Shown here in pieces: positions 23,144-33,146 of a DNA stretch of 37,258 nt. This DNA is from Octopus bimaculoides (Eukaryota), in NCBI RefSeq assembly GCF_001194135.2, contig NC_068989.1:33760025-33797282 (forward strand), given 5' to 3'. Under the pieces are notes generated by a model. That model was not told the DNA's origin and did no database searches. It saw nothing but the letters and a program-made list of their open reading frames with translations. Numbering within the stretch: the stretch's first letter is position 1; the number at the start of each line of letters is the position of its first letter. A program made the position numbers and the translations under genes.

Positions 23144-23234
23144 CGCTTAATAATTTCACATCCAGTGAATCCAGCAACCTCAGACCAAAATTTCTGATCT
23201 GATTTCAGCTTCATTAATTCACTGTACTTTAATC
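23144..23234 (-). CDS. mtnK: Methylthioribose kinase-like gene, internal exon (twin-Arg motif region)
   Basis: Acceptor tttatttttttatttcag, donor gtgagt, 91 nt, phase 1 to phase 2. Encodes (G)LKYSELMKLKSDQKFWSEVAGFTGCEIIK(R), compared with remembered MtnK EEA.GFAGCELIRR. Confidence 0.85.
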
Positions 23235-23399
23235 CTGAAATAAAAAATAAATGTTACAACCAATGCAGTGCATTTTAAAGTTTGTCTTCTGGGTTTTGCT
23301 GCTTATTTCCTTTTTTCAATAATAAACGTCCAATGGAATAAGTTTTGCTTAAGCAATTGTTGTTGTTGTTGCTGATTAAGCCCAGGTAGATTCTTATGA

Positions 23400-23780
23400 A
23401 GCAGATGAACAGTGAGTGGTACATTGAGTCAAACAGACTAGAGAAGCGATTAGGAGGAAAAGATCAAACAAGAATCTAAAAACAATCCAATTCGCCATAA
23501 TGTATGGGAACACACTCTTTTGGCAACAATCAAACAATTGGCAATTTGGGCTGATTAGTGATCCCCACCATCAACTGTTTAGTACAGATCTGGTGCCCTC
23601 CTATTTTGATTCAATAAAAGATAGTCTTTTGGGACAACAATTTGATGATACAGACAAGATGAAAGTGGTGATGAAGTAGGCATAAGAATGCAACCTTGAA
23701 TTTTTTCTAAGAGGATCAATGGTGCAACTACATTGCTTGTGATTGAGATTGTTGAGTAATACCTTTGTATAGAGGACAGT
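23400..23780 (+). mobile_element. Old mariner transposase C-terminal relic
   Basis: PHH...STDLVPSYF and LLGQQFDDTDKMKVVM...EFFLRG resemble the PHPPYSPDLAPSDF...L.G..F pattern. Confidence 0.5.
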
Positions 23781-23889
23781 CTACCAGCATGTACAATTTG
23801 AACATCATCATCATCATCATTTAATGTCCATTTTCCATGCCAATTAATAGAAAACTGAGTCCACTTATAAATTATTTTTGTTATAACTC

Positions 23890-25440
23890 TTGTGCATGCT
23901 TACCGTTGCTCAAGAAATTACTAACTGGTTCCATAGAAGAAGAATTATATAACTTACAGGGAGAAGGAAAATCTATTATCAGAAAACTTGGAGAGGAATT
24001 TTTTATGGAGACTTGGTATCTCCATTACTTTATGTGATTACATTGATTCTTTGACAAGCATACTGAAAAAAAATCCAAACTTGCTTATAAGCTTGCTAAG
24101 ACTAGGGAGAAAAATCCTCTGCTACATATGGATGGCCTGAAACTATATACTATAAATGAAAAAGACCTAGATTCTGTTAACACTAAGAATATTTAGCAAG
24201 GATATTGGTATGCAGTTTGTAGTGAATAAGTGTGGAGTTTTAATTACAGAGAGAGGTTGAAAGATTAAATCTGAGAGTAAAAAGATACAATATATTGCTC
24301 AAAAAGAATGAAAGAAAGAAGTACTTAGGGTTGTTGCAGGATAATAAGTTAATGGAAAGGTGCTTGAAAAAAAAAAAACTAAATAGAGGTAATATCAAGG
24401 CAATTAATGTGGACCATGCTGATATTGAGATACTCTGCTCCTGGACTAAGACATAGCTGCAGGAATTAGATAGAACAACTAGGAAGCTACTCACAATACA
24501 CAACAAGTACCATACTAAAAGTAATATCAGGCTCTACACACCAGGAAGGGAGCAAACGTTTGTTAATAACAGAAGATACCATCAATACTGCAATTTTTAG
24601 TTTGGAAAACTATGTTGTGGATAGTAAAAAAGAATATCTGCAGAAAGAAATATCAAAGAAGTCACTAAAACAGAAAGAACAAGAGAACAAATAGCTGGAA
24701 AGACAATCAACTCTATGACCAATTCATGCAACAAACCAAGGTTTGTTAACAGTGAAGAATGCTGGTTGAGGCTGACAGAAAGAAACCTGAAACAAGAAAC
24801 TGATTCTCTGATTACAACCACTCAGGGTAAACCCATTAGGACAAATTTGAGAAAGACAGAGATTGATAAATCTCAGAGAGCAAATGCAGAATATGGAAAA
24901 AAATGGACGAAGGTATTTCCTAAGTGAGTGCAGTAAACTAGCTCAAAATGAGTGTAAGTACAGGCATGACTATGTCAGTAAAAGGGTGCACTGGGATGTT
25001 AGCCAAGTTTGTGGATTCAAGGTGTCAAAAAAGTGATATGAATACACAGTGGAGAGTGTGATGGTAAATGATAATTACAAGATTTTATAATATTTCTTCA
25101 GAGAGACTGAAATAAGAAGACCAAATATGATTGTAGAAGACAGAAAGAACAGTGTAAGATCATTGAATTCGCAATATCATATGATTGGAGTAGAGTGAAT
25201 ATCAAGAAAACTAAGAAATGCTAGGACTGAGCTAGAAAGATGAAGATGATACTTGTTCCTGTGGTAATTGGTGTACTTGGTACAACACCCAAACTGCTAC
25301 CTTGAATGATATTGGAACTGCTACTTTGAAGGATGCTAGAATTGAGACATGTGTTGTCAACCTGCAGAAAAGTGGCATTCTGTATTCTTGAGATTTTACG
25401 AGACTTGTCACCAAAGCTTAGGATAACATTGCTGCTAATA
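23890..25440 (+). mobile_element. R4/Dong-clade non-LTR retrotransposon relic (RT and restriction-like endonuclease)
   Basis: Readings GIFYGDLVSPLLYVI, LLHMDGLKLY, IFSKDIGMQF, ELDRTTRKLLT, LKQETDSLI, SECSKLAQ.E.KYRHD.V, RRPNMIV, IIEFAI and ILVPVVIGVLG; many frameshifts. Confidence 0.8.
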
Positions 25441-25868
25441 AAATTTGCAAGCAATAGCTTTTGAATGATGCTGATGATGGAGGTCATGATGATAGTCAGC
25501 AGCAGTGTCATCATCATTATCATCATACAAAAATGATCACATGCTAATTTAGTCAGCATAAATTGATCCTGAGGTTTAGAATGTTATCATGAGATTTAAA
25601 TTTCCATAAATCGTAAAGATTCTTGCAGAATATAGGCTAGCACTTTCTACTGGTTGACAGTACAGTCCTTTTGAAAAAATACCTTGGAGGCTGTTTGTTT
25701 CACTTGAGATAGACAGAGCTTCTTTTATTATTCTCATCACCATAAATGCAGTTAGTCAGTGACTAGTCAACAACAATATTGCTCATCAAATAAGATATAG
25801 AATAACTAAATATGATTCTTCTGCTAAAATTTGAAAGTGGCATTGCAAAGAATCAAGCAAGTTATCAA

Positions 25869-25871
<3 letters not shown>

Positions 25872-25932
<61 letters not shown>

Positions 25933-25962
25933 ACACACGTGTGTGCGTGCGTGTGTGTGTGT
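25872..25962. repeat. (GT)n microsatellite
   Basis: About 29 perfect GT units at 25872-25930 plus an imperfect extension. Confidence 0.95.
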
Positions 25963-26003
25963 GAAGTGCATAAATTTGGTGAGTAACCCACACCAACACC
26001 TAC

Positions 26004-26166
26004 CTGAAATCTTCATGAATTCAATCAAACATTGGCTGAACTGACTACTGATGTCTGGCTGGTCAAAGTGCTCAAGATGGTAGTAAAAGAATGTAATGTA
26101 GTTAACAAGAAGACATGCCATATCATATGATACTGGGCCAATGTGGGAAAATTCAAAGTTAGTCAG
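26004..26166 (-). CDS. mtnK: Methylthioribose kinase-like gene, internal exon (Mg-binding DxE region, here NxE)
   Basis: Acceptor ctctatattttgcag, donor gtaggt, 163 nt, phase 0 to phase 1. Encodes LTNFEFSHIGPVSYDMACLLVNYITFFYYHLEHFDQPDISSQFSQCLIEFMKIS(G), compared with MtnK VIDPEFAFYGP.GFD.G...ANL. Confidence 0.88.
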
Positions 26167-26703
26167 CTGCAAAATATAGAGTAAGTATGGCATTAGCTCA
26201 CATTGAAAAAATGAACATGGAATGTTACAATTCACCAGTTGGGTCTGATAAAAATTTACATTATAAAATGGTTTTATTAGTTTAACATACATGTACACAT
26301 GCATGTGTGTGTATGTGTATGACTATATATATATATATATATATATNNNNNNNNNNNNNNNNNNNNNNNNNNNNNNNNNNNNNNNNNNNNNNNNNNNNNN
26401 NNNNNNNNNNNNNNNNNNNNNNNNNNNNNNNNNNNNNNNNNNNNNNNNNNNNNNNNNNNNNNNNNNNNNNNNNNNNNNNNNNNNNNNNNNNNNNNNNNNN
26501 NNNNNNNNNNNNNNNNNNNNNNNNNNNNNATATATTGGCTAAACTGGCAATATGACCATCCCCAAGTACAACAACATATATATATATACTTATGTATATA
26601 CATATGTACATATGAAATATAAATGCAACAAACAATAAAAAACACAACAGGAGGGAAAATGTTTAACAAATACAGTAAGATTAATGCTCTAATGGGAAGA
26701 GAG

Positions 26704-26747
26704 TCTTAACATTTTAACATTTTGAACATTAGTCCTTCATCAAAAGA
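26704..26747 (-). ncRNA. Decayed minimal type I hammerhead-ribozyme motif (Penelope-associated type)
   Basis: Minus reading TCTT-TTGATGA-A-GGAC-TAAT-GTTC-AAAA-TGTTAAAATGT-T-AAGA. Stems I (TCTT/AAGA) and II (GGAC/GTTC) can pair; the core has decayed from CUGAUGA/GAAA. Confidence 0.4.
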
Positions 26748-26814
26748 AAGAGAAAAGAATAGAGTGAGTGAGAAAGTCATTTTCTGTAAGCAGATTGATG
26801 AACTTCTACAATTC

Positions 26815-27550
26815 ACTCTGGATCAAAATGCAGCTCAAAGGTTGCCATCTCAACAACAGTGATAAAATGGCAACCTTTGAGCTGCATTTTCCTCTTGGGA
26901 AAGAGATGGAAGCCTGCAGATGCTAAATCTGGTGAATAGGTCAGGTGCAGAAGTGATACCATGTTGTTTTTAGCAAGAAACTCACAAGTAACAGGGTGCA
27001 CTTTCATCATGAGGTATCCAATTATTCACGCACCACAGATCCAGTCACTTTCACCAAATAGCTTCCCTCAAATGCTTCAAAATGTTGCAGTAGAACAACA
27101 TTTTGACAGTCTGGCCCTGAGGGATGAATTCTCAATGCACAATACTACATTTCTAGGCATGATGTTCATGGCAAGTCTTCCAGATTGCTCATCATCTTCC
27201 AGGGACATCCTTCTGCTTTTGAAGTACCCATGCTACCCAAAACATAGCTTACAACCCATTGTGTCATCACTGTATGCTTGCCAAAGCATGTTCAATGTCT
27301 CTGTAGCAGGTTTCCCAAGTTTAATGCAAAATTTCATGTTGGCTCTTTGTTCCTGTCCATGACAAAATCACAGACTACAGCATATATGTGATCACAAAAA
27401 GACAAATTTCACAACTTGCGAAGTAAACACAGCAATGTCACTTGGCACACTGCCGCATGAAGGTCACTGCTAGCTCTCACTGTACATACAGCCATGTGCT
27501 GCCATCTGTTGGTGTGCTACAGAATTAGTCAAGGAACTTTTTGATACCAG
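26815..27550 (-). mobile_element. Internally deleted mariner element
   Basis: Minus readings MKFCIKLGKPATETLNMLWQAY, SLEDDEQSGR, EFIPQGQTV and FLAKNNMVSLLHLTYSPDLASAGFHLFPK; one TIR-like end (ATCAAAAAGTTCCTTGACTAATT) at about 27525-27548. Confidence 0.85.
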
Positions 27551-27801
27551 GTAAAGAAGAAAAATAAAAAAGATAGAAAATAGATAGGCAGTTAGTAACC
27601 AGATGAGCATGCAGTTGTATGGTGGGAGATAAGAAGGGAGGAGAGATGGCTATTTATGTGCAAGAATAAGAGTGTTTCTGTGTCTGGAAGTGGGAATATG
27701 GTTGGGTTGAGTGCTATAGTGATTTTGTAGGGTGGGTGTATTTGTGTAGATGTTTGCAAGTGTGAAATATAGTGGTGTTGAACAGGGAAGTGTGAGGTAC
27801 T

Positions 27802-27818
27802 GGTGTGTGTGTGTGTGT

Positions 27819-27863
<45 letters not shown>

Positions 27864-27870
27864 CACACAC
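27802..27870. repeat. (GT)n immediately followed by (CA)n: self-complementary compound microsatellite
   Basis: GTGTGTGTGTGTGTGT-CTG-CACACACA... read directly. Confidence 0.9.
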
Positions 27871-27879
27871 TTGAATCAA

Positions 27880-28480
27880 GCATACATGGTTACTTTGGCA
27901 GCTGTGATTCGTATCAACTCTTCAGTTTTTCTTCAGCTGTTTGTCTCTGAAACAAACTTAAACTTTTTAATTCTCTTCTCTCCTCATCCTGTATTTTGTG
28001 ACTGAGAATCATGGTGATCTATATTAATAAAAGCTAAATTCTGTCTGTCTGCCTGGGACCCCTGTATCTCAGTCTGCCTTTGTTCTACATAGACATATTA
28101 TACCTTTTTGGAACCAGGATGATCCCGGGATTGAAAATCTGCCCTTCATTTAGTTCTTGAACATCCAGCATTGGGATCTGATTTAAAAGCATTTGGGTTG
28201 CTAGTTCTAGCAGTTTGCTATTTCTTGGCTGATTCATGCCATCTTGTTTGATATTTATCAGATGACATCAGAGATCAATGGGGTGATAAATGACATTCGC
28301 TTTGTAACTTTCATGTTGAGATATAAACTTTGGGACAAATTGGCCAACAGTTGGAATTCAACTTGGGACTGGAATGATTGCATTACAGAATTAATTCTCA
28401 TGTCCTTAACCTCTGATCAAACACCACCGGGGTATATAGTCATTATAGATGTATTATAGTCATGCTATTTAGCTCTCTTT
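27880..28480 (-). mobile_element. Probable Penelope-like element relic (pre-RT region)
   Basis: Minus readings SQVEFQLLANL, KVTKRMSFITP and IILVPK loosely follow the Penelope order L...E..LL..GL.F.P ... IVILPADKG; multiple stops. Confidence 0.4.
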
Positions 28481-30176
28481 AGTTTTGGGCTGCAGACCCA
28501 ATTAACCCTCTGCAGGAGCTAGCTTAAAAGTCCACACAGAGTGTGGCTTATAAGCTAGTTCTGTATAAATCTATTGTTTGTTTCAAAAAGTTGGAGTTCT
28601 TATCAAAGCACACCATAAAACTTTTTTTTGTTTTTGTTTTAGATGATTTCTTTGGATTTACATGAATCTTATGTAGTAGATTACAATAATATTTGAAAAA
28701 TATTTTTCAAGTTTCATTTATTTTGAAATTTTGCCTTTCCCTCTACTTCTTTATTTAAAGAATTTTTTTTATTTGTATGCTTTGAAAAAGTAGATAGTAT
28801 GATTTGGCTAAAGATGTTTTTTCAAAACTTGAAATGAAAAATTTATGTACAGTTACATATATACCAGCAGAACAAGACAAATTATAACTTCATTGATTTT
28901 GTGTATGTAAAGGTAATGCTTATATTTAATTTTACATACAAATTATTGAAAGACAGAGCAGAGACTTTCTTTCTAAAACGTTTATAAAGACTTGCTACTA
29001 GTCTTACCAGAAGCAGATAAAGCTACAGCATTTTTGATACCATATTTCTGTGTGGTTTTCCTATAGCAAATATATTTTTTCTATATACAAACAAAAGAAA
29101 AGCTTTGTGTAGACACATACACAATGAAAGTAGTCAACTTTTATCTTGTGCCATGAAGATGCCTGAAATTGCGTTAACTTCTTTCATTTATTTCAAAAAT
29201 TATATTGAAATTATAAAAAAAAAAATTTTTAATTTCTTTTGCTAAATAATACTGTCTGTGTGTGTGTTTGTGTGTTTTGTGTTTTTGCATGTTTCTTCCT
29301 ATTTATTCTCTTCCAGAAATGGGAAAAAATTATTTTCCATGTTTATAAAATACAGAACAAAATTCTTTTGTTTTAAAGCTTTTGGGGCCCAGAAATGTGC
29401 TGTAAGTCATTTTAAACAAAAGGCTTGTTTGTAGGAGTACATTAATTAAAGCATTTTTGTAATAAAATCAACTATTTTCACAAAATTTAAGGTAGAAACA
29501 AATACATGAATATACAGATAATCTATTGCCACAAAAGTAAGTGCAATAATATTCACAAAACAAAACGGTTCAATGTAGTGGTAAGAAAGCCTATTTCTTC
29601 CCAATAAAACATTAAAATTCTCTCCTCCTGACAGCATATGAATTTATTGTTTTATGAATATTATAGAATTGATGTTTTTTTTAGCTAAGAATCAAATTGG
29701 CAATTAAAATTTAGATAATGGTATAGCCACAGCCATCCAGCTGGAACTAGTAAAAATAGCCTCTGTTGTAGTTTAATCTATGTTACCATATTCAATTTAA
29801 TCTTGATATGAATGCATAGTTGACTGATGAAGAAATTGGCTTCTTAACCACAAAATTCTTATGTTCAATTTTACTGCACATATAGCCTCAGCCCAACTCA
29901 AAATACTGAATGTGAGTGGGTATCATAAAGACATAAATACCTCATGGTATTTAATTACATCCTTTTATGGTCTGAGTTCAAATCATGCTAGTGTCATCTT
30001 TGCTTTTTATCTTTCCAGGATTAATAAAATAAATACAGCCAAATATTAGAACAATCTAATCAATTATAACCCTCCCTCCAAAAATGTTAAAGATTCTTAT
30101 TCCATGTAGTCTACACTACAGTCAGAATAGTGTAATCTGTAGAGCACCAAAACAATGCATTATTATATTTAGTTAT

Positions 30177-30390
30177 AAGGTGGTGAACTGGCAGAATCGT
30201 TAGCATGTCGAGCAAGATGCTTAATAGCATTTCATTCATCTTTTACTTTCTGAGTTCAAATTCCACCGAGGTCGACTTCGCCTTTCATCCTTTTGGGGTT
30301 ATAAATTAAGTACCAGTCAAGTACTCAGTTCGATGTGATCAACTATACCCCTCCCACCAAATTTAAGGTCTTGTGCCTATAGAAGAAAGG
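30177..30390 (+). mobile_element. Full-length tRNA-derived SINE with an 18-bp flanking direct repeat
   Basis: A-box-like TGGCAGAATCG, B-box GAGTTCAAATTC and central GAGGTCGACTTCGCCTTTCATCC. ATTATTATATTTAGTTAT occurs at 30159-30176 and 30391-30408. Confidence 0.88.
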
Positions 30391-30816
30391 ATTATTATAT
30401 TTAGTTATGTCCCTATAAGTCCCAATCTTTCCAGTTGATTTCATCTGATCTCTCAGTAGGACAATAAAAAGAAAAGTACCAGTGGTGTATTAAGATGGAT
30501 TTAATCATCATTTCTCCACTTCCATACATGTGCACACACACACACACACACATTTGTGGTCTTGTGACAATCTTAGAAATAATAATAGTGGTGGTTGTGA
30601 AGGCAGTGCTATTGATAAGGATTCTACAAAAAAATAATTGTGTGTCTCCTTGTTGTAAATGAGTATCACTATCATACAAGTGATATCAATTGTTTCCAAT
30701 CTTCTTCTAAAACATATCGATCACAGGAAGAGCATCTGACCATAAAGCATTTGCTTTAAAAAAACTCTATTTGACCCAAACAAACAAGGAAAAGTGGTTA
30801 TTAAAATGAAGATTAT

Positions 30817-30817
30817 A

Positions 30818-30855
<38 letters not shown>
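30817..30855. repeat. (AC)n microsatellite
   Basis: Direct reading. Confidence 0.95.
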
Positions 30856-30857
<2 letters not shown>

Positions 30858-31448
30858 GGTGCATTCCAGACGTTTTAGGATCTTTTTTTTTTAAGTGAGG
30901 CAGTGATAGTTGTCCTAGATTACTGTAATTTTAGTTTATCATTACTATACATTTAATAAGCTGACCTGGCAACTTTCGTTATTCCAGATTGAAGGAGACA
31001 GCTGTAACAGCAGTTTGAACACATCATGTTAAAACACTGCTTGTCACAGTTGACTAGTTTGAAGAATGTAACTGGGATGTCAATAAAGTTTTGTGTTAAA
31101 CTTGGTAAAAATGCTACAAAAACTTATGAACTGTCCAAGACTAGTTATGGATTAATTTGCATGAGCTGAGCATGTTTTTCACTGGCACAAGAGGCCAAGC
31201 AAAGCAAGTCAACTAGGAAGCCTATGATGATTCCTTTTTCAACTGAAAGGGTATCATCTATACTATTATATGTCCTGGATACCTTCACTTTGGAGAACTT
31301 ACATGGACTGTCACAGCAAGGCTGGAGTGCTACAACAAATGTATTGAAGTCAGAGGATCCTACTTTGAAGGAGATTAGAGTTTTGTACTTCTTTGAAATT
31401 AATAAATATCCCTCTTGAAAAAGTCCCAAAATTTCTGATATCCACTTT
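30854..31448 (+). mobile_element. Internally deleted mariner element
   Basis: Encodes SIKFCVKLGKNATKTYELSKTSYG and HWHKR. Degenerate TIRs AAGGTGCATTCCAGACGTTTTAGGATCTTTT and reverse-complement AAAGTGGATATCAGAAATTTTGGGACTTTT. Confidence 0.7.
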
Positions 31449-31920
31449 CATCATCATCATCATCATCATCATTGTTTAACGTCCGTTTTCCATGCAAGCA
31501 TGGGTTGGATGATTTGATTGAGGACTGACAAACCAGATAGCTACACCAGGCTCCAATCTGATCTGGCAGAGTTTCTATGACTGGATGCCCTTCATAACTC
31601 CAACCACTCTGAGAGTGTAGTGGGTGCTTTTACATACCACCGGCATGAGGGCCAGTCACACGGTACTGGCAATGGCCATGCTCAAGTGATGTTTTTCACA
31701 TGCCACCTGCACAGGAGCCAGTCCAGCGGCACTGGCAATGACCTTGCTCAAATGTTTTTTCACATGCCACCGGCACAAGCACCAGTAAGTAACGTTAGTA
31801 ATGAACACGTTTGAATGATGCTTTTTACGTGCCACCAGCAGAGAAGCCAGTCAGCTGCTCTGGCAATGATCATGCTCGGATGGTGCTGTTAGCACGCCAC
31901 TGGCATGGGTGCCAGTCATC
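31449..31920 (-). mobile_element. SINE/RTE-tail repeat with an internal tandem array (about 60-70-bp units)
   Basis: (CAT)n tail, GGATGCCCTTC motif and repeated CATGCCAC...GCCAGTC...CTGGCAATG..C.TGCTC units at 31625-31880. Confidence 0.8.
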
Positions 31921-32113
31921 AAATTTGCAAATTTGATTTGATTTTGATTTGTATATTAAAAATGAGTGTTGGAATAACCATAAAACAACAAACACTGACT
32001 GAAGAAAGGATTCAGTATGTGTTTAGAGTCAAATATTACCCTCCCCCCCCCCNNNNNNNNNNNNNNNNNNNNNNNNNNNNNNNNNNNNNNNNNNNAAATA
32101 GTATAATATTTAC

Positions 32114-32342
32114 ATAAGCATTATTTGAAGAGGTGAAATAAATGGAATCCAATTGGAGATTTCCATGAATTAAGCATTCCTTGGTAAAATGGAAAACATT
32201 CTTCATGTCTTTTACTGCTGTTGACACAATGGGTTTCTCATTCACTCTTTTAAGGGTTTCGTCTTTTTCAATTAATCTGTTGTTTTTTTGGTATGGTGCC
32301 ACAAATGTAAGCTGTTCCATAATGTCTTGGCGATGATGTGTT
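32114..32342 (-). CDS. mtnK: Methylthioribose kinase-like gene, internal exon (catalytic loop HGD, here HGN); upstream exons not found in the window
   Basis: Acceptor gagttctttctacag, donor gtaaat, 229 nt, phase 2 to phase 0. Encodes THHRQDIMEQLTFVAPYQ...FTKECLIHGNLQLDSIYFTSSNNAY, compared with remembered MtnK ITERLVFTDPF...AETLIHGDLHTGSI. The four exons total 634 nt with one open frame. Confidence 0.88.
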
Positions 32343-32587
32343 CTGTAGAAAGAACTCAGAAAGGTCACTATAATACAGTTAGGGAGCATTCAAAAAGCTA
32401 ACTAAAAATAATTATGTAGCAAGTGAAAAGAAAAATCATGAGCAATAATATTGTTTCCATTTTACCAGCAAATACAGGAGACAACTCTAAATATGCTTCA
32501 ATTTTATTTTGATCTCATTATCATATATTCATTTTCAGTGAATAAATAACTTAAAATAAAGAATAAAGTTAAATTCAAAACAGAATA

Positions 32588-33146
32588 TGAGGTCTGATCA
32601 AAAAGTACCGGGACTGGTGCTATATAAAAAAAATAATTACAGCACATATGAATTCAGTATTTAATCTCCTTTGAAGTAGTCCCCTTCTGAAGCCACACAC
32701 TTAATCTAGCATCATTTCCATTGATGGAAGCATTCCTGAAACTCCTTTTATGGGATAGTGAGTAGCTACCTCATTGCATTCTCTTGGGTTTCCTTCATGT
32801 CATGAAATTTTGTTCCTTTCAAGTGAGATTCTTTCCAAGCTTTGGTTTTGGGGTCATAGGCATAGATCCATGATTTGATACCTGCAATAACCCTTTTCAA
32901 AAAGTTTTTGTCTTCCTTGACACAATGAAATCCTGCACAGTTGAAACCCATTCTTTTTGAGATGACCACATTCTGCACACATCACTTCCAAGCACTACTA
33001 TAAATAACAGAAGTGAGTGAGAATGTTATATCTTTAGTGTGCATGTGCAACAGAGTTCAAGATGAATCTGTGCCAAGTGGCTTCACTCTGCACCCTTTAG
33101 GCCTGTTACAAAAGCGACAGTCCTGGTACTTTTTGATCAAACCTCG
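32588..33146 (-). mobile_element. Internally deleted mariner element (559 bp) with intact ends
   Basis: TIRs TGAGGTCTGATCAAAAAGTACCGGGACTG and reverse-complement CGAGGTTTGATCAAAAAGTACCAGGACTG, with TA on both sides. The interior encodes NFLKRVIAGIKSWIYAYDPKTK. Confidence 0.9.

Noticed and set aside
28244-28459. Track ORF of 71 aa on +
   Set aside because: It is antisense to a decayed Penelope-like relic and has no recognisable motif.
28643-28696. Strong + strand acceptor followed by MISLDLHESYVVDYNNI-stop
   Set aside because: No partner exon or recognisable homology; T-rich tracts ending in AG are common here.
29008-29060. 53-nt stretch on - with good splice sites (tttgctatag / gtaaga) between two mtnK-like exons
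   Set aside because: Inclusion would frameshift to an immediate stop and the peptide has no family similarity. It could be a poison exon, but nothing in the sequence supports usage.
29823-29850. CTGATGA followed by a small stem (AGAA...TTCT)
   Set aside because: It lacks the GAAA core and convincing stems I and III.
16148-32342. Bacterial contamination or recent transfer as the source of the mtnK-like sequence
   Set aside because: The coding sequence is split by three canonical spliceosomal introns filled with host repeats.
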